From: a virus
Lineage: Duplodnaviria > Caudoviricetes
DNA length: 56,988 nucleotides
Virus record (IMG/VR): IMGVR_UViG_3300009788_000017
Span: 1 to 56,988 of that record
Direction: 5' to 3' (one strand)
A program made the position numbers and the translations under genes. The notes below the pieces were generated by a model, which worked only from the letters and a program-made list of their open reading frames with translations, was not told where the DNA came from and searched no databases. This document shows, piece by piece, positions 20,154-30,200 of this stretch. Every line of letters begins with the position of its first letter. Position 1 is the first letter of the stretch.

Positions 20154-20636
20154 ATGGCCGGATTAGTAACCCAAGCAACTACGCCTGAGGCGGCACCAGC
20201 TACCGGTGAGGCGGCTTCGGCTGATGAGCAGGAAGCCTACGACTCAGCGCTGAAGATGGCCGGCGAGATGTTATATGGCGACGACACATCCAGCGATAAA
20301 TTCATGGGGATGCTGTCCGAAGGTGAACCTGTACAAGCTGTAGCAGGGATCGTGACGTTCATCATCGACGCGATCGAAGACGTATTCCAAGGGCAGCTAC
20401 CTGAGGCGGTAATCGTTCCAGCGTCCGATGAAATCACCGACATGGTGCTGGAGATGGCCGAACAGGCAGGCGTGATCCCGGAAGTCACCGAGGATATCGC
20501 GGTCCAGGTCAAAGGCGCGGTCATGCAGTCTCTGGTAGAGACCTACGGTGCTGATCCCGAGGCGTTCGCTGAAGCGGTCCAAGGCACCGACGATGCAACG
20601 ATGCAGCAAGCTCAACAAGTATTTGGAGGCGTGTGA
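20154..20636 (+). CDS. Acidic hypothetical virion protein
   Basis: AGGAG RBS; operonic. Confidence 0.6.
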   Translation: MAGLVTQATTPEAAPATGEAASADEQEAYDSALKMAGEMLYGDDTSSDKFMGMLSEGEPVQAVAGIVTFIIDAIEDVFQGQLPEAVIVPASDEITDMVLEMAEQAGVIPEVTEDIAVQVKGAVMQSLVETYGADPEAFAEAVQGTDDATMQQAQQVFGGV

Positions 20637-21421
20637 TGGCTGGACTACTCAAGCAATTGGCAGGGGCCGCCGGCAGCGTCATGGTAGAGCAGGCCGACGC
20701 TACGCTCGCCGAGCAACGCACGGCACGCCTGGCCAAGCTCAAGGAAGGTATGAGCATCGCCGCTGAGGGCCGAGCCGAGACACGAGCTATCGGAGCTGAG
20801 GGTCGTCGAGAGACTCGTGATGTTGAAGCGGCCAGAGTGAAGCAGGAAGGCGCTGTTGAAATCGCAAAGATCCGGGCCCAAGCCACGGTCGATAACCTCA
20901 AGACAGGTCCGAAAAGCAAGACCGAGGTCAAGGACGATAACGGCAACGTCATCCGTACTGTGCTGCACAACTATGACGGCACCTCCACAGTAGTGGACCA
21001 TATCGAAGGCACCAAACAAGACTTTGAGACATGGGGCGCCGCGCAGAAGCAGGAAAAGCGCAACGTCAAAGAGGATGAGACCGCATCCGAATGGGTCGAC
21101 CTACTCATGCCGAAAGGACTGATTGATGCCAAGACCGAAGACATGATCGAGGAGATGTTCGGAGGCGACGACGCAGCGGCGAAGAAAGCAGCGCAGGCAG
21201 CTATCCGCAAGCGCATCTCTGCAGGCCAGACGTTTGATGAGGTTCACAAGGCCGTACTGGATGGGACTCTCCGCAGTGAGGCGGCCCCAGCAACAGCCGC
21301 CCCTCAGGTAGATCCGACTAGTAAGCTCCCCGACCCTGCAACCAAGAAAGGCAAGATCCTCACAGACCCTACATCTAAGCGTCGCTACATCTCGGACGGA
21401 GTGACTTGGAAGGAAGTATAA
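20636..21421 (+). CDS. Putative internal virion protein
   Basis: GGAGG RBS; coiled coil; C-terminal YISDGVTWKEV. Confidence 0.6.
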   Translation: MAGLLKQLAGAAGSVMVEQADATLAEQRTARLAKLKEGMSIAAEGRAETRAIGAEGRRETRDVEAARVKQEGAVEIAKIRAQATVDNLKTGPKSKTEVKDDNGNVIRTVLHNYDGTSTVVDHIEGTKQDFETWGAAQKQEKRNVKEDETASEWVDLLMPKGLIDAKTEDMIEEMFGGDDAAAKKAAQAAIRKRISAGQTFDEVHKAVLDGTLRSEAAPATAAPQVDPTSKLPDPATKKGKILTDPTSKRRYISDGVTWKEV

Positions 21422-24400
21422 ATGGCACAGCAGGACGAGATCCAATGGGTTGAGGAGGAGGCCACTCCAGATGAGCTGGCTCAAATACAGTGGGTCGAGG
21501 AGGATGCACCCGCCCCAGCACAGGTAGCGACCCCCGCGTCTGAGGAGCCAGTCGGAGATCCCAGCATTGCTGCTGATATCGGCCGAGAGATTGGCGCCGG
21601 TGCCGTCGCTGCTACAGGCTACGCACTTGAAGGTTTCGGCGAGGCATCCCGACGCGCAGCTGCCCCGATCGCAGCAGGCCTGAACTGGGCGTTCGACACC
21701 AACTTCTTCCGATCAGAGAACGTACTCTCCGGCGCATCCAAGGCCACTGATAAGTACAGTAAGGACATCGAGGCCGAGCAGAGCGCTGAATGGCGCAAGG
21801 CTAAGGCCGGGGCTCAGATCACTGGTGATCTGACCGACCCATCAACATGGAGCTGGGGCAAAGATCCGTCGCTCAAGGGGTTCGCAGCGCAGACCCTCAA
21901 CGTACTGGGGCAGGCAGGCCCGATGGCTGCACTGGCGGTGGCAACACGTGGGCAAGGGCTGCTACCTCAGCTGACGGCCACAGGTATAGTAGGAGCAGCC
22001 ACGACTGTCGGCGCCGGTCGATCAGAGATCCGCACCGAAGTAGAGAGTATGAGCCCTCAGCAGCTCCAGTCGGAGTCTGCGCTGTATCGTGATCGAATCT
22101 CCCAAGGTGATACATCTGTCGAGGCCCGGCAGAAAGTCATAGACACTGTATCCGACGACTCGTTCTGGAAGCTGGCCGGCATCGGCGGGCTGGGTGGCTT
22201 CGCTACCGGCTATGTGCTGGGCGGAGCAGCCAAGAAGCTAGGCGCCAACGCGGTAGCCCGGGCAGGTATGGAAGGCCTCGGTGAGGGAACAGAGGAACTC
22301 CTGGAAGGCGTCGCCAAGAACGATGCGTTCGGAGCCGCAGGCATCAAGAAGGATCTGATGGAGGGCTCGTTCGGGAACCTGGTTATGGGCGCCGCGGGCG
22401 GAGCGACTACCGCGGGGGCGTTAGCTGTCGCCGGGCGTGAGGTTGAGAGAGTCCGAGATCTAACCAGTCGGACAGAAACTCGACGCCAAGAGGCCGCCGA
22501 GGCAGGTGAGGATGCGCTGTCCCAAGAATTGGCTGCCGGAACTGGCCAGGCTGAGGACATCAATGAGGATGCTGCACGCCCCGCTCCTGAGAGTCCTGAA
22601 GATCGAGAGGCTGCCGTCCGTCAGATCCAAGCACGTAACGACCTGATCGAGCGGGTGGCTGGAGGCGCTGAGCCTTCGATCGCGGAGGCTGCACCAGAGG
22701 CACCCCTGCCACCAGCTGCTGCGACTGAAGCTGCTGCTGCGCTTGAGATGGTCAAGCTGCCGGATCTGGACCCTACGAAAGAACCAGGCATGGTGCAGAT
22801 AGCTGCCGAGCTGGACCCTGACGCCCTTGATCTGGCAGAGATCCCCGGTGAGATAGCCACGGAGCAGATAACTGCAGAGGACGTCACCGATGCATTGGAG
22901 AGAGGCCGCCCCGAGAGAGCAGAGCAATTTGCTGAGCTATCCCAGCGCTATGCGGATCAGCTGCCTGAAGGCGAGGCGAGGCATAAAGCTCAAGCTGTAG
23001 CTGCCGTAGCCAAAGCTGCCGTAGAGCCGACCCCAGAAGTACCTACGAAACCGGAAAAAGTAGATACGTTGCCAGAACCTGTAAAGGAAACGGCAGAACC
23101 TATACAGGTCGAGCCTACAACAGCGGCCACGCCACTGCCGCATACTGAGCGAGACTCAGCTCCAGTAGACTCATGGGTAGAACTGGACGACACAGATATG
23201 CGCGGCAAGCCTGTCGCTCAGATCCGCGAGGTTCCTATCGACGAGCTCTACATGCCAGAGCTGGACGAGACGGGCAGACTACAACCTGAGAAGCGCAAGT
23301 TCGAGCAGCAGTACGCTGACAGGCTAGAAGCAGGTGAAGTCGCACCTCGTATCGATGTGATCGAGATGGAGGATGGTCGCCTACGCGTTGTCGACGGCCA
23401 TCGCCGAGCAGCAGCTGCGAAGCTAGCAGGCCAAGATACTATCGAAGCTGTGGTGTCGCCGCTGATCGACCTGCCAGGTGAGGGCAAGGTCACGCTGACT
23501 AAAGAGATCGCACCCAAGCAACCAGCCATGGAGGCCAAGAAGGCGGAGCGTGCGGAGGCTGCGATCGAGGTACCACTAGCCCCTAAAGCAGAGCCAACTC
23601 CCGTAAAGGTCCCGACAACTCCAGTCGCCAAGGCTCGGTTCGAGGAGCGGGCCAAGGCGGATAAGCGCGTAGCTGCCCTCAAAACAAAGCAGCAAGCCTC
23701 CAAAGAGAAGGCAGCCGAGCGAGCCCAAGCTAAGGTCGAGAAAGGTAAGGAAGCCAAGGTGGCAAAGAAGGAAGCAGCCATGGCGGCCAAGCGGGCCACG
23801 CTGCTCAAGAAGCAGGAGATCGATGCAGCCGCAGCTGAAGCGCAGACCAGCCCCGACAACGACCTACCTGCGCCGACCGAGGATCAGATCAAAGCAGGCA
23901 CGTACAAGAAGGGGCATGTCAGCCTGCATGGGTTGGACATTACGATTGAGAATCCCAAAGGGTCGCTACGTACAGGCAAGAGCGCTGACGGCCGCCGTTG
24001 GTCCACGCGGATCAAAGACCATTACGGCTACATCAAGCGCACTGAAGGCGCAGATGGAGACCATGTCGATGTATTCCTTGGGCCTAACATAGAGTCCGAT
24101 CGCGTCTACGTCGTTGACCAGGTGAATCCTAAGTCAGGTAAGTTCGACGAGCACAAAGTCATCATGGGGGCCAAGACCTCAAAGCAAGCGCTGGCCATCT
24201 ACAAGCGCAACTACGCTCGTGGGTGGAAGGGCAGTCGGCAGATAACCCCGATGACGTTGGATGAATTCAAGACATGGCTGAAGGAAGGCGACACCACCAA
24301 GGCTGTCAAGCCGCTGAAGGTGGATAAGGCACCGCCCAAGCCGCCGGTCGCCAAGGCCCCACCGGCACCTCCTGCACCTAAGGCCGAGCCTGCGTTCGAG

Positions 24401-27103
24401 GCTCCGACTGAGAAGTTTACCGACTACATCCGTCGTCGGCTCCAGGATAAGATGCACCCGCTCCGCCAGACCCAAGCTGAGATCGCCAAGGGGCGCGGTG
24501 TCGAGGCGCTGCCTGATGAGCTGGACGCGCTACAGGCCGAGGAGTCGTTCTACGGCAAGGCCGAGGAGCACCTGCGCAAACTCAAGGACAACCTGGTACG
24601 CCCTCTGACTGAGCAGATGGCCAGCCGCAACATCTCACAGGCGGAGTTGGATCTGTACCTGATGGCCCAGCACGCCGAAGAGCGCAACGAGGCGATCGCC
24701 GAGATCAACCCGGATATGCCGGACGGCGGCTCAGGTATGACCACGGCTCAGGCCGACGCCATCCTTGACCGGATCGAAATAGATAACCGCACTGCTGATT
24801 TCGAGGCCACGTCACAATACGTCTACGATATCCTGCAGGCCCAACGCGACACTCTTAAAGAGGCCGGCCTTGAAGTAGGGGACATGGTCGAAGTCTGGGA
24901 GGCTAAGTATGAAAACTATGTACCATTAAAAGGCCATGCTCAAGGTGAGCCAGACGCCAAGGGCTCCACTCGCCGTGCAGGTAGTGGCTTCGACATCCGA
25001 GGCAAGGAGACGCTCCGAGCACTGGGCCGCCGGTCGCTAGCCGAGTCACCGATGATCAACTCCATCATCGACAGCACCGCGGCGATCACCCGGGCCGAGA
25101 AGAACAAAGTCGGCAACGTCTTCCTGAGGATGGTAGAGCAGAACCCGAACCCCGAGTACTGGGAGGTCTTCACTGCATCAAAGCCAGACGTTAAACGTGG
25201 AGTCAAACTGGTCGACGGGGCTGAGACAGTTGCTCTGAATAAAGTCGTGAACATGGGCTCAGATAAGTACTTCTCCACCAAGCTGGAGGGTGTGGAGTAC
25301 AAGGTCAAGATCAACGACGAGCGGCTGCTGCGAGCTATGCAAAACCTTGGGCCTGAGCCACTGGGCCCGGTGCTTAAGCATCTCGGTTCGGTTACCCGGT
25401 TCCTGAGCTCCATGCACACCACATACAACCCTGAGTTCGTGATCTCGAACGTGGCGCGTGACGTCCAGACCGCGGTGCTCAACGTACTGGCAGAGCAGGA
25501 CATCCCTGGCGGTCGGATCAAACACGAGAAGATTGCAGGCAAGATGGTCAAGGGCATCCCGGTTGCGGTCCGCGCGATCAACGCATCTCTTCACGGTAAG
25601 CCACTGACTGGCAAGGCCGCTAAGTGGCAGAAAGTCTACGAGCAGTTCAGAGAGTCCGGCGCCCAGACAGGATGGTTCGACCAGAAGGACTTCGAGGGCC
25701 AGGCCAAGGAGCTGCAGTCAATGCTGACTGAGGCTCAAGGTGGCGTCAAAGGTAACGCCAAGAAGTTCGGACGTACTGTCGCAGACGTGGTCCACCACTT
25801 CAACACAGCGATCGAGAACGGCGTCAGGCTCTCAGCCTTCAAGGCTGCGATCGAAGCTGGAGTCAGTGAGCAGAAAGCGGCATCCATGGCCAAGAACCTG
25901 ACCGTCAACTTCAACCGCAAGGGTGAGTGGGGGAATATCCTCAACACGGCATTTATGTTTGCCAACGCTTCGATTCAAGGCACGGCCACGTTCCTTAGAG
26001 CCATGGCTACGATGAGCAAGGACATTGATACTGGAAAGCGCAAGATAAACCCCGCTCAGAAGGTTGCCGCTGGCATGGCTGCTGCATCATTCGGCCTAGC
26101 CACACTGAACCGGATGATGGCTGGAGAGGACGAGGACGACGTCAACTGGTACGACAAGGTCCCGCAGCACGTACGGGAGCGTAACATCGTCATGATGAAG
26201 TCCACCTTCGGCGGCGAGGAGGGGGAGTACTATACGTTCCCACTGCCATATGCGTACAACATATTCCATGTGTTAGGTGACCAGGCAGAGAGCGTAGTCA
26301 GCGGCGCCAAGGAGCCGACTGATGCAGCACTGAACATCACAGCGTCACTGCTTGGATCGTTCTCACCGATCGGGATCAACCTATCTGACGAGCCTGAGAA
26401 GGGCGTAGCTCGCACGATTACCCCTACAGTGCTATCACCGGTGATGCAGCTGGCGATCAACGAGAACTTCTTCGGGTCGGCCATTTATCGCGAGAACATG
26501 GCGTTCGGAGCTCAGTACCCAGACAGTGCCCTCGGCAAGCCCAAGACTGCCGAGCATTGGAAGGCCGTGTCTAAGTGGCTGAATCAAGCTTTCGGAGGCG
26601 GCGAAGAGTTCATTCCCGGAACATTCGACGTCAACCCAGACTCTCTGAAATTTCTGGCTGAGTTTGTCGGGGGTGGTGCCGGAGCGTTCGTTGTGCGGTC
26701 AGGTGACCTGGCCCAGAAGATGTTCACCGGCCAGGAGGTGGAGCCTCACGAGATCCCATTCAAGCGCAAACTCATGGGCAAGGTGCGGCCGTTCGAGGAT
26801 CTGAACAAGTTCTACGAGCGCCGGGTCGAGATCGGCCAGCACGAGCTCCAGGCTGACAGCTACCAGTCGAAGATGGAGCAGCGCAAGTACCGCCGTGAGA
26901 ACGAAGGCATCTTAGGTATGAAGGGCCTGGCCAAGCGAACCGGCAAGAAGCTGAGCCACCTGCGCAAACGCCGCCTTAAGATCAGAGGCAACGATCGGCT
27001 GACTGAGGTGGAGCGTGACAAGCAGATCAAGCAGCTGGATCGTGAGGCTAAGGGCGCCGTGGATAAGTTCAACAAGGCCTACGACGCAGCGACCAAGAAA
27101 TAA
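21422..27103 (+). CDS. Large polyvalent virion protein: ParB-like + inorganic-pyrophosphatase-like + LPD38-like domains
   Basis: LRVVDGHRR (ParB/Srx); ITIENPKGS...HYGYIKRTEGADGDHVDVF...FDEHKV (InPase); TVNFNRKG, FANASIQG, PLPYAY, NENFFGSAI (LPD38-like). Confidence 0.8.
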   Translation: MAQQDEIQWVEEEATPDELAQIQWVEEDAPAPAQVATPASEEPVGDPSIAADIGREIGAGAVAATGYALEGFGEASRRAAAPIAAGLNWAFDTNFFRSENVLSGASKATDKYSKDIEAEQSAEWRKAKAGAQITGDLTDPSTWSWGKDPSLKGFAAQTLNVLGQAGPMAALAVATRGQGLLPQLTATGIVGAATTVGAGRSEIRTEVESMSPQQLQSESALYRDRISQGDTSVEARQKVIDTVSDDSFWKLAGIGGLGGFATGYVLGGAAKKLGANAVARAGMEGLGEGTEELLEGVAKNDAFGAAGIKKDLMEGSFGNLVMGAAGGATTAGALAVAGREVERVRDLTSRTETRRQEAAEAGEDALSQELAAGTGQAEDINEDAARPAPESPEDREAAVRQIQARNDLIERVAGGAEPSIAEAAPEAPLPPAAATEAAAALEMVKLPDLDPTKEPGMVQIAAELDPDALDLAEIPGEIATEQITAEDVTDALERGRPERAEQFAELSQRYADQLPEGEARHKAQAVAAVAKAAVEPTPEVPTKPEKVDTLPEPVKETAEPIQVEPTTAATPLPHTERDSAPVDSWVELDDTDMRGKPVAQIREVPIDELYMPELDETGRLQPEKRKFEQQYADRLEAGEVAPRIDVIEMEDGRLRVVDGHRRAAAAKLAGQDTIEAVVSPLIDLPGEGKVTLTKEIAPKQPAMEAKKAERAEAAIEVPLAPKAEPTPVKVPTTPVAKARFEERAKADKRVAALKTKQQASKEKAAERAQAKVEKGKEAKVAKKEAAMAAKRATLLKKQEIDAAAAEAQTSPDNDLPAPTEDQIKAGTYKKGHVSLHGLDITIENPKGSLRTGKSADGRRWSTRIKDHYGYIKRTEGADGDHVDVFLGPNIESDRVYVVDQVNPKSGKFDEHKVIMGAKTSKQALAIYKRNYARGWKGSRQITPMTLDEFKTWLKEGDTTKAVKPLKVDKAPPKPPVAKAPPAPPAPKAEPAFEAPTEKFTDYIRRRLQDKMHPLRQTQAEIAKGRGVEALPDELDALQAEESFYGKAEEHLRKLKDNLVRPLTEQMASRNISQAELDLYLMAQHAEERNEAIAEINPDMPDGGSGMTTAQADAILDRIEIDNRTADFEATSQYVYDILQAQRDTLKEAGLEVGDMVEVWEAKYENYVPLKGHAQGEPDAKGSTRRAGSGFDIRGKETLRALGRRSLAESPMINSIIDSTAAITRAEKNKVGNVFLRMVEQNPNPEYWEVFTASKPDVKRGVKLVDGAETVALNKVVNMGSDKYFSTKLEGVEYKVKINDERLLRAMQNLGPEPLGPVLKHLGSVTRFLSSMHTTYNPEFVISNVARDVQTAVLNVLAEQDIPGGRIKHEKIAGKMVKGIPVAVRAINASLHGKPLTGKAAKWQKVYEQFRESGAQTGWFDQKDFEGQAKELQSMLTEAQGGVKGNAKKFGRTVADVVHHFNTAIENGVRLSAFKAAIEAGVSEQKAASMAKNLTVNFNRKGEWGNILNTAFMFANASIQGTATFLRAMATMSKDIDTGKRKINPAQKVAAGMAAASFGLATLNRMMAGEDEDDVNWYDKVPQHVRERNIVMMKSTFGGEEGEYYTFPLPYAYNIFHVLGDQAESVVSGAKEPTDAALNITASLLGSFSPIGINLSDEPEKGVARTITPTVLSPVMQLAINENFFGSAIYRENMAFGAQYPDSALGKPKTAEHWKAVSKWLNQAFGGGEEFIPGTFDVNPDSLKFLAEFVGGGAGAFVVRSGDLAQKMFTGQEVEPHEIPFKRKLMGKVRPFEDLNKFYERRVEIGQHELQADSYQSKMEQRKYRRENEGILGMKGLAKRTGKKLSHLRKRRLKIRGNDRLTEVERDKQIKQLDREAKGAVDKFNKAYDAATKK

Positions 27104-27127
27104 AAAGCCCGGTCGTAATGCCGGGCT
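27102..27127. terminator. Terminator hairpin between the convergent arms
   Basis: agcccgg-N8-ccgggct with an A-tract, i.e. a U-tract on the - strand. Confidence 0.7.
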
Positions 27128-27146
27128 GGTTGATGTAGCTGAATGG

Positions 27147-27560
27147 TTAAGTCTTTCTCAAACCTGCTGAGGCGAACTTGGCGTGTGCTGCTAGATCCTT
27201 CAATGGTATTGAAAGATCATCCTGTGTGATCCCCAGTTCTGCCCGAGTCTCGTCGAGCCTGGAGATGAGATCGTTGCGGTACCTCACCAGCTCCTCGATT
27301 ACCTCGTCATGCTGGTGGGTCACCACCGGCAGTAGCTTCGATGCTAGCCCGTAGTCCACAACAGCCAGCGCAACCTGGACGCTTCTATCTACGTCCGTTG
27401 AGAGCGCACTGCCGCCACCTGTCAAGTTGGAGCGAAGGACTGAGTAGGTGGACTCGGAGGTCCCCATAAATAGCTGGGACACCTCGCGAGCAGTTAGACC
27501 ACAAAGACGGCGCAGCAACTCCAGCAACTTAAAAGTCTTGTAGGAAGTTGACAGCACCAT
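27147..27560 (-). CDS. Hypothetical protein (possible N-terminal HTH)
   Basis: Last gene of the - arm; LRRLCGLTAREVSQL. Confidence 0.55.
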   Translation of the reverse strand: MVLSTSYKTFKLLELLRRLCGLTAREVSQLFMGTSESTYSVLRSNLTGGGSALSTDVDRSVQVALAVVDYGLASKLLPVVTHQHDEVIEELVRYRNDLISRLDETRAELGITQDDLSIPLKDLAAHAKFASAGLRKT

Positions 27561-27563
27561 GAC

Positions 27564-28493
27564 TTACGACCCCTTATTCCAAGACTTGATGATGTCGGCC
27601 AGCTCAGCGTCACCCTCTACAACTGCACCGTCCGTGGCTGCTTCGGTCGGAGCCGCCGGTGCGCCAAGAGGCGGCGCAGTAGGAGCAGCAATAGCGGCGT
27701 CCACTGCGGCACTTAAAGCACTCGGAGCAGGGGCAGTCGGTGCAGTTGGAGCTACGGGAGCTACCTTCGCACCGCCACGGCGCTTCTTGAACACGCCTTT
27801 GCCGGTCACCGGAGGCACGTCAGAGGATGCCGACTTGGCGTGCTTGTCCTCGCTCCAGACTTCACCGGCAGAGTCGACCCAATCACCCTCATGTTGCCGT
27901 GGCCACTCAGTTGCAGCCGGTGCTGCAGGGGTCGATGGGACTTCAGGAGTAGCTGGCGCGGCCTTGGCCGGCATCTCCATGTAGCCATGCTCGACAAGCT
28001 GATCGTCGGTCCAGCCAGTATCCAAGAACTGCTGCCGTGTAGCCCCGGCGGCCTTGGCAGTCATGACAGGCTCGGGCTCTGCTACAGCTTCAGGAGTGGC
28101 CGGCGCCACAGGTGTTACCGGCGCCACAGGTGCCACAGGAGCGGCCGGTGCTTCAGGCTCAGGAGTGGGCGCAACGACAACCGGTTCGACCAGCTTGGCG
28201 TGGCCCTCGCTAACCATCTGATCGTGGCTCCAGCCTGCGTCCAGAAGCTGCTGGATGGTATAGCTGCCAGTGGCCTCGTACTCAGGCTCAGACGCTACGA
28301 CCGGCGCCGCGGTAACTACTTCAGCTTCAGCCATCTCGGCAGCGGTAACCGCACCGCCGAAGAACGCCTGCTCAGAATCCACGAACAAATCGATGGATGG
28401 CTCAGGGCCGTCGACTGCGACGACGAACATGTCGATCGCGACCTCACGGATCAGGTCTTGGGTCTTTGAATTTTTCACGTTGATTTTAATCAT
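27564..28493 (-). CDS. Pro/Ala-rich protein with two GW modules and a DSAG.VW...H...KKRRG domain
   Basis: GGAG RBS; shares repeats with the upstream SSB-like gene. Confidence 0.7.
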   Translation of the reverse strand: MIKINVKNSKTQDLIREVAIDMFVVAVDGPEPSIDLFVDSEQAFFGGAVTAAEMAEAEVVTAAPVVASEPEYEATGSYTIQQLLDAGWSHDQMVSEGHAKLVEPVVVAPTPEPEAPAAPVAPVAPVTPVAPATPEAVAEPEPVMTAKAAGATRQQFLDTGWTDDQLVEHGYMEMPAKAAPATPEVPSTPAAPAATEWPRQHEGDWVDSAGEVWSEDKHAKSASSDVPPVTGKGVFKKRRGGAKVAPVAPTAPTAPAPSALSAAVDAAIAAPTAPPLGAPAAPTEAATDGAVVEGDAELADIIKSWNKGS

Positions 28494-28526
28494 CTTTCTA
28501 TTGCTCCGATATTATACGGTAGAGGC

Positions 28527-28590
28527 TATGCGCTTACGCAATGTAGGTTATGCGCTTACGCAATGTAGGTTACGCGCTTACGCAATGTAG
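28527..28590. repeat. 22-bp tandem repeat x ~2.9 overlapping the SSB-like gene stop
   Basis: taYgcgcttacgcaatgtaggt at 28527, 28549, 28571. Confidence 0.9.
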
Positions 28591-29669
28591 CCATGGATCT
28601 TTAGGGTCTCGTCGGTCCAGCCCTGCGCGATGAACTCATCGTACGCCACACCGTTGGCCTTGGCAGTCATCAGCGGCTTGGTGGGCTCGGGCGACGGGGC
28701 AGGTGGAGTGAGTGCTGCTTCAGGAGTTGGAGGCGGCGCGACTGCTGCGGTCTTAGGTGCAGGCACGGCTGGAGTCGGCTCGACCAGCTTGGCGTGCCCA
28801 GCTTCAACCATCTGCTCATGGCTCCAGCCCGCGTCCAGAAGCTCCTGGACCGAGTGAGTGCCTGTCGCCTCATATTTCGCAGGGGCAGCCAGTGCAGGGG
28901 CGCCGCCAGCAGGGAGCGCAGGAGTGGCAGAGGGGTCCGCTGCAACGCCACGGTTATTAGACGGCTTCATGGAGTTCAGCTCGTCGGATTTGCCCCGAGC
29001 GATCATACGGGCGGCAGCTTCAGCTTCCAGCCAGGACTCACCGCGGAACGCCAGCTGCGGGTGCTCGTCGCTGGTGAAGGTCATCTCGGTAATCAGTGCC
29101 TGCATCGGAGCGCCGTGCTTGATTAACTCCTGGCCGTAGGCACTCAACGCCTTGAGGCTGGTGGCTGGGACGCGCAGTACTGCGACATCACCATCCAACT
29201 GGTCGAACGGCACGACGAACAGGTTCTTATGGTCGCCACACAGTTTGCCCTTAGTGGGCTGACCCGCTGCGTCCTTGCCGGACCCAAACACGTTGTGAGG
29301 GCATTCAGTGCAGGACCGTGATACCGGCGCCGAGACGAAGCCATCCGGTGTGAGGCCATCGGACGAGAAGCAGTCAGGGGCGTCGACCGAACCAGGTGTG
29401 TACGCACCGACGTAGAACGACTTGGCGCAGCCCTTGGGCGGATCCATGCCGAGGATCACAGCCTTGAACGGCTGACCGGCGGGGAACGGCGTCTCTTCGC
29501 CATCCTTCACAAACCGGAACTGCTTGCCCTTGATGGAGATGGAGGGCAGCGACAGGAAGCTGGTCACCAGGCCTGCGGCTTCAGCGGCATCGACAGCGTA
29601 CTGCTGAAGGTGAGCTGGCAGTCCGGTCGAGCCCTGGCCCAGTACTGACGGTACGTTTGGAGTAGTCAT
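28578..29669 (-). CDS. Putative ssDNA-binding/recombination protein with Cys cluster
   Basis: SISIKGKQF, PDCFSSDG, CTECPHNVFGS, KLC, LRVPATSLK; located in the replication module. Confidence 0.6.
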   Translation of the reverse strand: MTTPNVPSVLGQGSTGLPAHLQQYAVDAAEAAGLVTSFLSLPSISIKGKQFRFVKDGEETPFPAGQPFKAVILGMDPPKGCAKSFYVGAYTPGSVDAPDCFSSDGLTPDGFVSAPVSRSCTECPHNVFGSGKDAAGQPTKGKLCGDHKNLFVVPFDQLDGDVAVLRVPATSLKALSAYGQELIKHGAPMQALITEMTFTSDEHPQLAFRGESWLEAEAAARMIARGKSDELNSMKPSNNRGVAADPSATPALPAGGAPALAAPAKYEATGTHSVQELLDAGWSHEQMVEAGHAKLVEPTPAVPAPKTAAVAPPPTPEAALTPPAPSPEPTKPLMTAKANGVAYDEFIAQGWTDETLKIHGYIA

Positions 29670-29673
29670 TGAC

Positions 29674-30138
29674 TTAGTTTCCTTTTCGGATTTGGACGAC
29701 GTCTTCTTTGAAGTAGCCGACCCCGTCGGGCATCAGCCCTTCGTGATCAGCCATGTATGATTTGCAGTTGGTCTTGTTGGCGCTCAGCGTCAACAGGTCG
29801 AACGACTCAGCGCTGCTGATAGCCTCGGCGAATCCAACAGCTGAGTCAGCCTCAACCAGGCCCAGCTCAACGAGCGTGGCAGCCATGCCGGTGGCGATGG
29901 TCAGCTTGAACTCAGGCTTGTCATCGATCTTGACGCTGTCCTTGGTGGTGCGGAACGCGGTGTGGCCAGCAGCCTTGACCGAGTCGGTGCCCATTTCGAG
30001 CATGGTCTTCTTGAGGTAGGCCTCCAGCTTGCCCATCTGCTCCTTCTTGCCTTTCTTAGACTCCTCGAACTCCCGGCTCTCCTTGGCAATGTCATCACGG
30101 ATGTTGATGTACGCGGTCAGGACTTCACTCAGCTGCAT
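29674..30138 (-). CDS. Conserved-type phage coiled-coil protein
   Basis: AGGAG RBS; YINIRD, GTDSVKAAGHTAF. Confidence 0.6.
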   Translation of the reverse strand: MQLSEVLTAYINIRDDIAKESREFEESKKGKKEQMGKLEAYLKKTMLEMGTDSVKAAGHTAFRTTKDSVKIDDKPEFKLTIATGMAATLVELGLVEADSAVGFAEAISSAESFDLLTLSANKTNCKSYMADHEGLMPDGVGYFKEDVVQIRKGN

Positions 30139-30172
30139 GATCTTTCTCCTTCAGTCAGATAACTTGATAGCA

Positions 30173-30200
30173 ATAGTAAGTTAATTTCTAAACATGTCAA
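30173..30200 (-). promoter_or_regulatory. sigma70-like promoter TTGACA-N16-TACTAT
   Basis: Read on the - strand; overlaps the end of the helicase gene. Confidence 0.5.

Noticed and set aside
28527-28590. Mini CRISPR array (also considered for 56762-56850 and the early leaders)
   Set aside because: The repeats are contiguous or flank whole genes; no unique spacers of regular length; the Cas4-like gene is an ordinary phage exonuclease
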